A stretch of DNA of 64,000 bases from a virus. Under the pieces are notes generated by a model that made no database searches, was not told the origin of the DNA, and saw only the letters and a list, made by a program, of their open reading frames with translations. A program made the position numbers and the translations under genes. The stretch spans positions 2,543 to 66,542 of the IMG/VR virus record IMGVR_UViG_3300036799_000108; one strand, written 5' to 3'. Below are positions 1-8,647 of the stretch, one piece after another; the first letter of the stretch is position 1, and each line of letters opens with the position of its first letter.

Positions 1-3
1 GAT

Positions 4-408
4 ATGCATAAGATCGTCATCACGGACCCGGTGCGGCTTCGAGCCGCCATCGAGTTTGCGCAGGATCAGGGATGCCTCGAACAGTTTGGCGCTGATCTGT
101 GCCATCTGCTGCAAGTGCTGACCGCCGACATGATCCGCTATCCCGAGAGGGGTGGCGAGATCACTGCGGCCGTGGGTAGTTACACCGCCGAGATCCATGC
201 CGACTGGGCGCCATACTCGTTCGGCTTCGCTATCTGGAACATGACGGGGGAAAGCGAGAAAAGCCGGTCGAACCTCGTGCTGCATGGCGGTTGGATTTAT
301 TCCGGCCCTGACGTGCCGAGCGACGGCAGCTTCGCTTCGCTGACGGTCAATCTGCCAGATGTCATGGGGCAGTCGCGGCCAACGCACACATGGCGGTGTC
401 ACACGTAA
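4..408 (+). CDS. DUF4120-like protein (ICE/plasmid-associated family)
   Basis: Motifs DWAPYSFGF, GGWIYSGP and C-terminal WRCHT resemble the family pattern DFAPYSF..GGL.YHG..WSIHT. Confidence 0.6.
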   Translation: MHKIVITDPVRLRAAIEFAQDQGCLEQFGADLCHLLQVLTADMIRYPERGGEITAAVGSYTAEIHADWAPYSFGFAIWNMTGESEKSRSNLVLHGGWIYSGPDVPSDGSFASLTVNLPDVMGQSRPTHTWRCHT

Positions 409-671
409 TGGCCAAGCCACTGACGATCACAGGCTTGGCGCCAGTTCGCAGGACGGCGCCGGGTCTGTCTCGACATGAGCAGATCGTCCTCGAGGTTGTC
501 TGCCGGTTTCCGAACCGGCGGGCGATCACCGATCGGATCGATGGCGAACGGCAGATGACGCGGGCGGATTGGAGTGCTGCCCGCGCGTCGCTGATCGGCA
601 AACGGCTTTTGAACGCGGCGGGCGAGATCACCCTCGCCGGTCGCGTGATCGTGGGAGACACCACATGCTGA
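408..671 (+). CDS. Hypothetical protein, possible winged-helix
   Basis: TAATG overlap with the upstream stop; ends SLIGKRLLNAAGEITLAG. Confidence 0.6.
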   Translation: MAKPLTITGLAPVRRTAPGLSRHEQIVLEVVCRFPNRRAITDRIDGERQMTRADWSAARASLIGKRLLNAAGEITLAGRVIVGDTTC

Positions 672-1057
672 AACCGGGCGCACTCGAACTCGGGCTGGCA
701 CAGTTCACCGGCACCGAGCAATGGACCCGTCATGCTTTGGCATCGAACATGCTGATGACAGACGGCGTCCTGTATCTACGTGAGAATGCGGATTGCTACT
801 GGCTGGTCGATGCCATCGCATCCTACGTCGCCCACTCCCCCGAGCTGAAAGGGGAGCACTTCCAGGCATGGACGTTTGAGCGCGTTCATGAGGTGACGAA
901 ACCGCACCTGCTCTACGTCACGGACGGCAACGGCGACAAGCGGCTTATCACGCAGGAGATCGACTACAGCGACTTCCCGTTGCCGAAGATCACGCTCTGG
1001 GCGGTCTACGACGGAGGCTTCAAAGCCTTCGTCTTAATGCTGCCGAGCGAATACTAG
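665..1057 (+). CDS. DUF6876-like protein
   Basis: LAQFTGTEQW..TDGVLYL...YWLVDAIAS and C-terminal MLPSEY; ATG at 665. Confidence 0.75.
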   Translation: MLKPGALELGLAQFTGTEQWTRHALASNMLMTDGVLYLRENADCYWLVDAIASYVAHSPELKGEHFQAWTFERVHEVTKPHLLYVTDGNGDKRLITQEIDYSDFPLPKITLWAVYDGGFKAFVLMLPSEY

Positions 1058-1121
1058 AGAGGAGCTGACGACCAGCAGCGCAATCCCGCGCCGCTGTCTC
1101 CAACCCTGGAGTGCTATCGAC

Positions 1122-1541
1122 ATGAGACGGAAAGGTACGCTGACGAACGTCCAAACCGGGCGTCCGTTCTCGGTGACCGTTCATCACAGCGACGACGGCT
1201 GGCAGGCCAAAGCCATCCGTGCAACCGCGGGCACGCGCTTCGGCATGATGCTGCTGTCCGCGTTGGGCCTCGAGCCAGACCACCCTCCGAGCTGCGGCAG
1301 GCCGTGTGTGACGTCGGACGGCTTCCTGATCGGCCACTACGTCGGCCGTGATGGCGAAAGCCACATGGGCGCGATGCTGGGCGATGTGTCCGACCTGGAG
1401 GCCAACATCATGGGCTTCCCGAAGCACATCCACATGACGCCGGCGGAGAGGAAGGACTTCTACGCCATGTGGCGCAAGTGGATCGCGGATGACTGTCGCT
1501 CGCCACCCGGTCTGCGGCTAGACGATGGGAGGACGCGATGA
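1122..1541 (+). CDS. Hypothetical protein
   Basis: ORF track; ATGA-coupled to the next gene. Confidence 0.7.
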   Translation: MRRKGTLTNVQTGRPFSVTVHHSDDGWQAKAIRATAGTRFGMMLLSALGLEPDHPPSCGRPCVTSDGFLIGHYVGRDGESHMGAMLGDVSDLEANIMGFPKHIHMTPAERKDFYAMWRKWIADDCRSPPGLRLDDGRTR

Positions 1542-1900
1542 AGCGCACCCTCATCATCACCATCGAGACAACCGGCGAGGACACCTACCGCACGATGGAG
1601 GCCGCCGAGGAGGCGGTGCTGGATAACTGCGACGCCATCGCCAACAGCTATCAGGGCTGCTCAGTGAACGCCGAGATCTGCGTTGAGGCTATGGCGGACG
1701 CGCTGATCTCCGAGCTTTGCAACACAGGCAATGGGAGGACAATCCAAGACGCCCTCGAGCGCGCATGGTCGCATGTTCACCGATCCCTGGAGATTGCTGA
1801 AGGGGACGAGGACCCGCCCGAGGACATTGATGGTATGCGCTCTGACCTGGAGGCAATCGAGACGGCACAGAAACTCCTCATCGAGGAGCAAACGCCATGA
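1538..1900 (+). CDS. Acidic hypothetical protein
   Basis: ATGA overlaps at both ends; GGGAGG RBS. Confidence 0.75.
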   Translation: MKRTLIITIETTGEDTYRTMEAAEEAVLDNCDAIANSYQGCSVNAEICVEAMADALISELCNTGNGRTIQDALERAWSHVHRSLEIAEGDEDPPEDIDGMRSDLEAIETAQKLLIEEQTP

Positions 1901-2085
1901 GCGATGATTGGTGGCAATGCCGGTGTGGCTCTGGTCAATCCAAGCGCGCCCTCTACGACGCCAGGGGCATCTTCTGCACATACATCTGTGACGACTGCGA
2001 GCAGGAGAAGCGTAAGGAGTTCCGCGCCGAGATCTTCACGGACGGCAATTACGACCACGACGAGCCAATCGAGGAGGATGAGTGA
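1897..2085 (+). CDS. Small Cys-rich (Zn-binding) hypothetical protein
   Basis: CRCGSG...YDARGIFCTYICDDC; coupled overlaps. Confidence 0.75.
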   Translation: MSDDWWQCRCGSGQSKRALYDARGIFCTYICDDCEQEKRKEFRAEIFTDGNYDHDEPIEEDE

Positions 2086-2291
2086 TGGCCAGGAGAGACA
2101 TCGCCAAGGGCGTCGCTGACACGGACAGGAGGCTCCTGTTCCTGCGCAACGAGGTCACGAAGTTCCTTTGCGACAAGTTCAAGTTTGAGGACGTTGGGGG
2201 CGGCTTTGGTTTAGGCCAAGCCGATGTTGATCTGGAGACCCCGGACGGCTTCACCGTGAATGTGTCGATCTGCATTCTGGAGGACGAGTGA
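2085..2291 (+). CDS. Hypothetical protein
   Basis: TGATG overlap, GAGGAGG RBS. Confidence 0.65.
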   Translation: MARRDIAKGVADTDRRLLFLRNEVTKFLCDKFKFEDVGGGFGLGQADVDLETPDGFTVNVSICILEDE

Positions 2292-2461
2292 TGGACGATG
2301 ATGACGAACTGGTCGCCATGATCCCGATCACGGAGACGGAAGCGAAGGTGCTGTGGCAACTGCTGTTCAACGCCAGCAGCGACACAGTGGTCGAGCTGAC
2401 CGCAGACGTGGCCGAAAGCTTACTGGGTAAGCTTCGCCATGCACACTTCGAGGAACGCTGA
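2291..2461 (+). CDS. 56-aa hypothetical protein (below the ORF-track cutoff)
   Basis: Translated by hand: MDDDDELVAMIPITETEAKVLWQLL...HFEER; TGATG overlap upstream, next ATG at 2463. Confidence 0.6.
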   Translation: MDDDDELVAMIPITETEAKVLWQLLFNASSDTVVELTADVAESLLGKLRHAHFEER

Positions 2462-2462
2462 G

Positions 2463-2906
2463 ATGGCCACATGGCACCAGATGCAGGCGCGCAAGCGTCC
2501 TGGGTTCAAGCTCTACCACGAGACGATGTGGTCAGTGCTGTATGATCCGCCGAATGAGATGGCGAGCATCATGCTGTTCGCCACATACAGGGAAGCGCAG
2601 GCGTATCGCAGCAGGTTTTCGCCTGATCGCTCGGATCACACCATGATCCTGCGGCCGGCGAAGCTGATCTGGGTTGAAGTCGATGAAGCTCGCTATGACG
2701 AAATGCTCAACATCCTGCCGCCAGCGATCTGGATCGAATACGGCTTCATGGTGGGTGAGCCGTGGGACCACGGCCCCGACGGTCGGCCAAGGTTCCCGAC
2801 ATTCGTCAAGCTGCGCGGCCACTACTACGAGGCCACGCTGCCGATGACCGTCGGTGAGTTTAAGGCACTCGATCTAAGCACCGTCGGAAGGAAGGAGGAG
2901 CTATGA
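2463..2906 (+). CDS. DUF1419-like protein
   Basis: EVDEARYDEMLNILPP..W...GFMVGEP.DH motif. Confidence 0.7.
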   Translation: MATWHQMQARKRPGFKLYHETMWSVLYDPPNEMASIMLFATYREAQAYRSRFSPDRSDHTMILRPAKLIWVEVDEARYDEMLNILPPAIWIEYGFMVGEPWDHGPDGRPRFPTFVKLRGHYYEATLPMTVGEFKALDLSTVGRKEEL

Positions 2907-3205
2907 CAGAGCAGGAGCTTGGGCCCGAACCGTGCGTGCCGAACAATGGCATCTCGACCCTGAGTTGGAGGTATCGCGCTGCACTCGCTGCCTGGACGTT
3001 ATGGTGTGCGAAATGCGCTGTCCTTCGCTTCTCAGCACTGACGGACTCAGTCGAGATATGGGCCTTCCATGTCGCTGCCGAGGAGGTGCGCACCCAAGCC
3101 GGCGACGATGCAGCTACCGAGTTCTTCATGGCGGCCTTCCCGCCCAACTCTGAAGCGAGGGCAGCAGCAATGCGACCGCTCTCGCCAAGACACGAAGATC
3201 CCTGA
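2903..3205 (+). CDS. Hypothetical protein
   Basis: GGAGGAG RBS, ATGA overlap. Confidence 0.55.
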   Translation: MTEQELGPEPCVPNNGISTLSWRYRAALAAWTLWCAKCAVLRFSALTDSVEIWAFHVAAEEVRTQAGDDAATEFFMAAFPPNSEARAAAMRPLSPRHEDP

Positions 3206-3255
3206 CCCATACGCCGGGAGCCTGCATCACGCAGGCTCCTTGGTATGCGTCCAGG
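3201..3255. promoter_or_regulatory. Extended intergenic hairpin
   Basis: GGAGCCTGC(3217-25)/GCAGGCTCC(3231-39), with outer CATAC/GTATG and CCTG/CAGG pairings. Confidence 0.55.
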
Positions 3256-3306
3256 CGCAGAACGTTCGCCAATCCCGGTCGGACGTAGCTCACTTAGGAG
3301 CCTCTT

Positions 3307-4398
3307 ATGGCAACCCAAAAGCGCAAACGAGCGCAAGCACTGAATGCTGTCGTGCCTGCGAAGCAGCAGGCTAACGGCGGCGGCGATAAGCCTGAACCCA
3401 AGGTCGAACTGATGGCCATCCCTGCCGCTCTGTTGCTCGCGGCTGAGACCATCACGGCCAAGGCGCCGAAGGATCGGACTGACCTGCAAGGCGTCCTGCT
3501 GCACCAGAAAGACACTGGTGTCGCCAGGATCGTGGCGGCTGATGGCTTCCGCTACTTCATCGGTTCGTTCGAGGCAAAGCCTGCACCCTCGTGGCTCAAG
3601 GGCGGCATCATGGTGTCGCGTGAAGCCCTGAAGGCGCGCGTCAACATGCTGGTGAAGGTGGCAGAGACGCAGATCGTTGTGCTGGCCTACGCCAAGGGCG
3701 CAAGCACCCTGACCATGATGGACGTGGGCAGGACGATGGAGTTCAAAGTCCCGGCCGCGGAGGTGAAGGAGCTGCCCGACTACGAGCAGAACATCCAGGT
3801 CAAGACCTTCGCTGACATGAACGACGAAGCTGGCGGGATAGCAGCCCGCCCTGAGTGGGAGCCGGTCGGTTTCAACTCGCGACACATGAAGGATGTGGGC
3901 GACATCGCCAGGATCCTCGAGGGTGGCATGGACAAGCGGCTTCGCGAGAAGAACGGCATGACCATCCGGGTGTTCGACCAGGGCAACGTGAATGCGCCGC
4001 GCATCTTCGACTTCCAGGGCTGGGATGGCGCGATCCTGATTGTCGGCGCGATGGCTCTCCCAACGTCACAGTTGCCGCTGCTGACGGCCAAGGTGCTCGC
4101 GCCGGCGGTCAGAGGCACGGTGGCTGCGCTGAGAGCCCATGCCACGCGCTGGATCGATGCGGCGGCGGAAGCCACGACGGAAGACCAGAAGGTCGCCTGT
4201 CTCGCCAAGGCCGAGGACTTCCAGCGGCGCGTGGCGGCTGTCCTCGAACGGGCACCGGAGAAGACGGCGATCGCCGGCCCCATCGCGGGCACGGACAAGC
4301 TGGAAGCCCCGGATGAGCCACTGACAACGGGCGAGAAGTCGGCTGCGACGAAGCGGAAGCGTGCGGCCGCCAGGGCGGCGGCGGTGGTGCTGCACTGA
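3307..4398 (+). CDS. DNA polymerase III beta-clamp-like protein with C-terminal extension
   Basis: DRTDLQGVLL..RIVAADGFRY matches beta-clamp DVRYYLNG..TVATDGHRL; LPDYE and VGFNSRHM match FPDYR and IGFN; TTAGGAG RBS. Confidence 0.65.
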   Translation: MATQKRKRAQALNAVVPAKQQANGGGDKPEPKVELMAIPAALLLAAETITAKAPKDRTDLQGVLLHQKDTGVARIVAADGFRYFIGSFEAKPAPSWLKGGIMVSREALKARVNMLVKVAETQIVVLAYAKGASTLTMMDVGRTMEFKVPAAEVKELPDYEQNIQVKTFADMNDEAGGIAARPEWEPVGFNSRHMKDVGDIARILEGGMDKRLREKNGMTIRVFDQGNVNAPRIFDFQGWDGAILIVGAMALPTSQLPLLTAKVLAPAVRGTVAALRAHATRWIDAAAEATTEDQKVACLAKAEDFQRRVAAVLERAPEKTAIAGPIAGTDKLEAPDEPLTTGEKSAATKRKRAAARAAAVVLH

Positions 4399-4403
4399 GC
4401 GGA

Positions 4404-4447
4404 GCGGCCTGGCGTGGTCTGGGGAGTAGCCAGACCACGCCTGCCGC
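4404..4447. terminator. GC-rich hairpin with GGAGTAG loop (terminator or regulatory)
   Basis: Perfect 12-bp stem GGCGTGGTCTGG(4411-22)/CCAGACCACGCC(4430-41); no U-tract. Confidence 0.5.
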
Positions 4448-4532
4448 CAGCTTGCGCCAGCGCGTCACGGTGCAAAGCGCGACGGTCCTACACGGACAGT
4501 GCATTATAGGGCGTAAAGCCCGAGAGGGGACC

Positions 4533-5417
4533 ATGACCGTTATCGGAACGGGTATCTCGTGGACGAACAGCACCTGGGGCCTGGCGGTTGGCTGCCACAA
4601 GGTCTCGGACGGATGTAAAAACTGCTACGCCGAGGGACTGGTTAACCGTCTCAGCAGCTTCGGCCAGCGGTTCGATGAGGTGAAGCTGAAGCTCGATCGG
4701 CTTGATCACGTCAGGAAGTTTCGACCTATCGTCGGGCCTGACGGACTGTTACCGCACATGGTCTTCGTGAATTCCATGTCCGATTTCTGGCACGATGCGA
4801 TACCGGAAGAAGCCATCTCGCAGATCCTGGACGTGATGGAGGCTCATCCCTTCGTTGTGTTCCAGATCCTCACGAAACGCCCAATCCGGGCACGGCGCAT
4901 CCTGACCGCGCGCTACGGTGGCAAGGGCATACCGCGTCACATCTGGATCGGCGTCAGCACAGAGGACAACCGGGTCGCGAAGCGGCTCGACATCATGCGG
5001 ACGATCAAGGAGCGGTGCGGCGGCGGGACGTTCTTCGTGTCGGTGGAACCCATCATCGGACCAACGAACGAACTGGACTTTGCCGGGATGGATTGGGTGA
5101 TCACTGGCGGCGAGAGCGGTCCCGGTGCACGACGAATGGAACGGCAATGGCTGATAGATGCCGTCCACAGGTCGCAATGGCATCGCGCGGCGCTGTGGCA
5201 CAAGCAATCCGGCACAGTGCCGAGCCATCCCAACATCGACCGGGCGCCCACTCGGCTCAAGCCCGGCGACAGGTTCCGCTGGCTCCGCGACAACGGCTGG
5301 GAAGTGCTGCCGCACGAGAAAGGCGGCGCCACGATCGATCGGCAGACCTACCGCGAACTGCCTCGCGCCTACCACGAGATCAAGGAGGCGATGAACGCAA
5401 ACCTGTTAAGTGCCTAA
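4533..5417 (+). CDS. DUF5131 / phage Gp37Gp68 family three-Cys-motif protein
   Basis: ISWTNSTW..GCHKVSDGCKNCYAE (CX6CX2C), VFVNSMSDFWH, FQILTKRP, DWVITGGESG, KQ; ATG after GAGGGG. Confidence 0.92.
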   Translation: MTVIGTGISWTNSTWGLAVGCHKVSDGCKNCYAEGLVNRLSSFGQRFDEVKLKLDRLDHVRKFRPIVGPDGLLPHMVFVNSMSDFWHDAIPEEAISQILDVMEAHPFVVFQILTKRPIRARRILTARYGGKGIPRHIWIGVSTEDNRVAKRLDIMRTIKERCGGGTFFVSVEPIIGPTNELDFAGMDWVITGGESGPGARRMERQWLIDAVHRSQWHRAALWHKQSGTVPSHPNIDRAPTRLKPGDRFRWLRDNGWEVLPHEKGGATIDRQTYRELPRAYHEIKEAMNANLLSA

Positions 5418-5425
5418 TCGACTGA

Positions 5426-5440
5426 ATGTGCAAAGGAGTA
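5426..5440 (+). repeat. ATGTGCAAAGGAGTA RBS-containing repeat, copy 1
   Basis: Identical 15-mer at 6402-6416. Confidence 0.85.
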
Positions 5441-5447
5441 ACCGGAT

Positions 5448-5792
5448 ATGACTACGCCACGTTTGCTTATGGCCGCTGTGGCCATGAGCGTTGCCCTCAC
5501 GGCATGCGGGAGATCATCCTCGCAGTATCAGACAACAACCTACAGCCCGTCATTGCCACCACGACCGGCTGGATGCCCTGACGCGGCTTACGAGGAACAA
5601 CTGCTGCGCACGACCGGCCATCTGTGCCCCGAAACCGAGCGGCTGAACCAAGCGATACAGAGCAATCAGCAAGAGATCTACGACCTCGATGTCCAGCAGT
5701 ATGGCCGGAAGGCTGTCCTCGAGTGTCGTTCGCGCATGTCGTGGCGCGCGCCGACCTACCCCTACTGCCTCGAAGCTAACCGGGGGCGATGA
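5448..5792 (+). CDS. Predicted lipoprotein
   Basis: Signal peptide with lipobox VALTA-C. Confidence 0.75.
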   Translation: MTTPRLLMAAVAMSVALTACGRSSSQYQTTTYSPSLPPRPAGCPDAAYEEQLLRTTGHLCPETERLNQAIQSNQQEIYDLDVQQYGRKAVLECRSRMSWRAPTYPYCLEANRGR

Positions 5793-6055
5793 AAATGGCA
5801 GACGTCCCGGAATGGGAGCCGCGCGTGCGAGTGCTCGAGGAGATCGCGGCGGCAACCAAGGACGCACTTAATCGCATCGATGCGCGGTTCGAGCACCTGG
5901 ATGGCAAGATGACGGCCGGGTTCGATCGCCTGGACGGCAAGATCACACGCCTGGATGAGAAGCGCGAGCGAGACTTCCGAGTGCTGTTCGGCGCCATCAT
6001 CGTGACCACGATTGGACTGGCCGCCCTGATCGCCCGCACGCAACACTGGATCTGA
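5789..6055 (+). CDS. Coiled-coil protein with C-terminal TM helix (DUF1640/CCDC90-like)
   Basis: Heptads RFEHLDGKMTAGFDRLDGKI, then DFRVLFGAIIVTTIGLAALIA. Confidence 0.65.
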   Translation: MKMADVPEWEPRVRVLEEIAAATKDALNRIDARFEHLDGKMTAGFDRLDGKITRLDEKRERDFRVLFGAIIVTTIGLAALIARTQHWI

Positions 6056-6069
6056 CGAGGGAGTGACAG

Positions 6070-6372
6070 GTGGACGAAGAATTAGAACGCAGGTTCGACG
6101 CGATGATGCGTCGGATCAACGACAACCACGAGAGGTTGCTACTCAGATTGCGCGATAGGCAACCTGATGTGCGCTCAGTGTTGGACTGGGACTGTCTCCA
6201 CTTCGCTGCGAGGTGGAACGACGTCGCGCGCCAACAGGGATGGGACCATGCCCAGCAAGTGATGGCGCTGCTGTCCATCATCTGCGCGAGGACCGCGGAA
6301 GGGGACGAAAACCTCATGCTCCACGTGGTCGCGATAGGTGAGCTGATGACGCCCCCTGATCTGGGGGCTTAA
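6070..6372 (+). CDS. Hypothetical protein
   Basis: GAGGGAG RBS, GTG start. Confidence 0.55.
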   Translation: MDEELERRFDAMMRRINDNHERLLLRLRDRQPDVRSVLDWDCLHFAARWNDVARQQGWDHAQQVMALLSIICARTAEGDENLMLHVVAIGELMTPPDLGA

Positions 6373-6401
6373 AGCACGACCGCGCCGGGCGGTTTCCCGG
6401 T

Positions 6402-6416
6402 ATGTGCAAAGGAGTA
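6402..6416 (+). repeat. ATGTGCAAAGGAGTA RBS-containing repeat, copy 2
   Basis: Identical to 5426-5440. Confidence 0.85.
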
Positions 6417-6420
6417 GACG

Positions 6421-7194
6421 ATGAGAAAGACGACAAGACGGAAAGGGATCGGTGGTCCCTTCAAGGGACGCGCGCCCAAGGTCGTTGAGACCAAGGCGGT
6501 CGAGACGCCAGATGAGCCGCTGCCGGAGACCAAGGAAGCGGTGATCGAGGCAATGGCCAAGCTGTGCGACGAGGTTGACGTGCAGATGGCCGCTGAAGTC
6601 ACCGGCGAGAAGCGCATCGAGCGCAGCTTCAAGCGCTTCTGGCAGCAGACACAACCCTGGCGCGGCTACCACGACCGGCGCGACAAGCTGACCGACAGGC
6701 TCCGCGATCTGCTGGACGATGAGACCAATCTGGACGACTACCTCCGCAACCAGCTCGCAGACCAGAGGATCGTGCCGAGCTTCGCGCGGCCAAGCTTCTT
6801 CGTGATCTGGATCGACTTCATCCCGGTCGGCTGTTCGTGGGAAGGCTTCATCGCGCCCGATGCCAAGGTGTGGGCCATTGATCCCGACAGGCCGTGGATC
6901 AACCCGGAGGGTATGCGCTGGGTGGACGACCAGATCGGTGATCGGGACCTGAACGTCGAAGATGTGTTCAGGAACGAGATCACCGGCTGGACGACCCACC
7001 TCAGCTACGCGACGAGAGGCAAGAAGCCGGCTACGCCATCATTCCAGCCGGTCAGCTTGACGCCACAAGGCAGACAGCAGGCTGGAGCGATGCTTGAGGG
7101 GATGCCGTGGTTGCGGCCGATCCTGCAGCGTGGACCGGTTAATGCTATCCGCATGCCACCACACATCAAGTCAGTGCAGTTGGCGCTGGCCTGA
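6421..7194 (+). CDS. Hypothetical protein (possible remote plasmid leading-region family)
   Basis: Strong RBS; AIDPDRPWINPEGMR weakly recalls the AVD.DKPFLSETGYR motif of rhizobial plasmid proteins. Confidence 0.75.
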   Translation: MRKTTRRKGIGGPFKGRAPKVVETKAVETPDEPLPETKEAVIEAMAKLCDEVDVQMAAEVTGEKRIERSFKRFWQQTQPWRGYHDRRDKLTDRLRDLLDDETNLDDYLRNQLADQRIVPSFARPSFFVIWIDFIPVGCSWEGFIAPDAKVWAIDPDRPWINPEGMRWVDDQIGDRDLNVEDVFRNEITGWTTHLSYATRGKKPATPSFQPVSLTPQGRQQAGAMLEGMPWLRPILQRGPVNAIRMPPHIKSVQLALA

Positions 7195-7200
7195 TCGTTC

Positions 7201-7246
7201 CGCTGGACCTGTCTAAACCGACTTAGACAGGTCCAGCGTCTTTCTC
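7201..7246 (+). terminator. Intrinsic terminator
   Basis: Perfect 16-bp inverted repeat CGCTGGACCTGTCTAA/TTAGACAGGTCCAGCG followed by TCTTTCT. Confidence 0.8.
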
Positions 7247-7267
7247 GTGCAAGGAGTGAGCAAAACC

Positions 7268-7580
7268 ATGCGTAAGATCATCGAAGGCAAGACCTACAAT
7301 ACCGAGACCGCCGACTATGTGTGCGACGTATCCGGCCCCGATAAGGACCGGAGCCACTGGGGCTAACGACACTGGGCTTTACCGCTCTGCCAAGGGACAG
7401 TTCTTCATCTCCGGCCACGGCGGCCCGCGATCAACGTGGGGGGTATCGACGGGGCAAAATAGCTGGAGCGGCGGCGAGGGGCTCAGAGTGGTTGAGACTG
7501 ACGAGGCGCGCGCGATGTGCGAGCGGCACGCCAAGCCCGAGACTTACCGGAAGTTCTTTGGCGAGCCAGAGGAAGGCTGA
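7268..7580 (+). pseudogene. Frameshifted conserved phage hypothetical gene (MRKIIEGKTYNTETA...GLYRS..GQFFISGHGG)
   Basis: The ATG 7268 frame stops at TAA 7364; the +1 frame continues the family motif; one extra G in TGGGGC (7358-63). Confidence 0.7.
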
Positions 7581-7590
7581 CCTAGCGCGA

Positions 7591-8232
7591 CTACCCCTCG
7601 TCCTGCTTCGGCACCGTTTCGCCCAGCAGGACGAGGCCCATGTAGGTCACGCGCGATCCCTTATCGCCATCGGCCTGCCAGCGGCGTTCGATGCTGGCAT
7701 GCATGATCTCGCAGATCCGGCGCAATGCGCGCTCGATGATGTCGTTGCGCGCCGCACCCATGCCCGGCATGTGGTGTTTGATGCGCGCCAGCTTCGCCAG
7801 CGCCTTGCTGGTGCCGCCCATGTTCATCTTCAGCCCTGTGCCCTCGGTGATCACGAGGCCCATCCGATCGCCCGGGGCGAGTGGCCGCCGCACGGCGATG
7901 AGGTAGAGCTGTTCCCACGGGCTGCCCCAGTGATCGCAGTCGAAGATGGTGAACTGACTGAGATCGATCGCGCGCAGCACTCGTCGGTTGTCGGCAACGT
8001 AGGCTGCGCGATCATCGTGCGGATAGAACTGCTTGTCGCAGCCAATGTAGCCGGCGGCCTGGTGCCACACGGCACGATACATCGCGCCCTCACCCGCGAA
8101 GCAATCGAACACCCGAGCATTCTCGGCGCCGATCGCGCCCAGCACCATCTCGCGGATGCGGGCTTTCGCGTTCTCCGCGGCCTTGCTGTTATCGCGCTTG
8201 CCGTAGCGCAGGAGATCCTGGCTGATGTCCAC
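7591..8232 (-). CDS. SAM-dependent methyltransferase-like protein (TcmP-like partner of DUF5131)
   Basis: VFDCFAGEG (motif I), DNRRVL, FDCDHWGSPW. Confidence 0.7.
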   Translation of the reverse strand: MDISQDLLRYGKRDNSKAAENAKARIREMVLGAIGAENARVFDCFAGEGAMYRAVWHQAAGYIGCDKQFYPHDDRAAYVADNRRVLRAIDLSQFTIFDCDHWGSPWEQLYLIAVRRPLAPGDRMGLVITEGTGLKMNMGGTSKALAKLARIKHHMPGMGAARNDIIERALRRICEIMHASIERRWQADGDKGSRVTYMGLVLLGETVPKQDEG

Positions 8233-8233
8233 G

Positions 8234-8647
8234 TCAGTCCCTCGCCCTGGCGTTCCAGGGCTTGAACGCGCGCATCGCTTCTGGCGTCAGCAACGGGTTG
8301 TCCCAGCTTCCATCGAACCGGACACAGCGATCGTCGATGGTCAACCATGCGGCAGGCTTCTTGTCGGCGAAGCTGAACGTCAGCGGCTCGGTCGGATGGC
8401 GCTGGCCACCGCCCTTGATCCAGGCATTGCGTTGCTCATGCAGCCAGAGCGTCATCGCGACGATGCCGGCTTCGTCTTTCGAGCGCGACGAATAGATCAC
8501 CAGTTCAAAATCGTGGCGCACGCGCTCGACCCACTCGAAGAAGCCCCGCACCACATCGCCGTAAATGGTGCCGTCCTGCCAGCCCTTTTCGTATGAGTGG
8601 ATAACCCCATCGAAGTCGATGCAGATGGTGGGTTTGAACTCAGCCAT
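8234..8647 (-). CDS. HAD-superfamily phosphatase
   Basis: DFDGVIH (motif I), YSSR (II), K (III), IDDR (IV). Confidence 0.85.
   Translation of the reverse strand: MAEFKPTICIDFDGVIHSYEKGWQDGTIYGDVVRGFFEWVERVRHDFELVIYSSRSKDEAGIVAMTLWLHEQRNAWIKGGGQRHPTEPLTFSFADKKPAAWLTIDDRCVRFDGSWDNPLLTPEAMRAFKPWNARARD

Noticed and set aside
4470-6410. GTGCAA read as a minus-strand -35 (TTGCAC) for antisense promoters
   Set aside because: No consistent -10 element at 16-18 nt spacing in the copies checked (5428, 6404)
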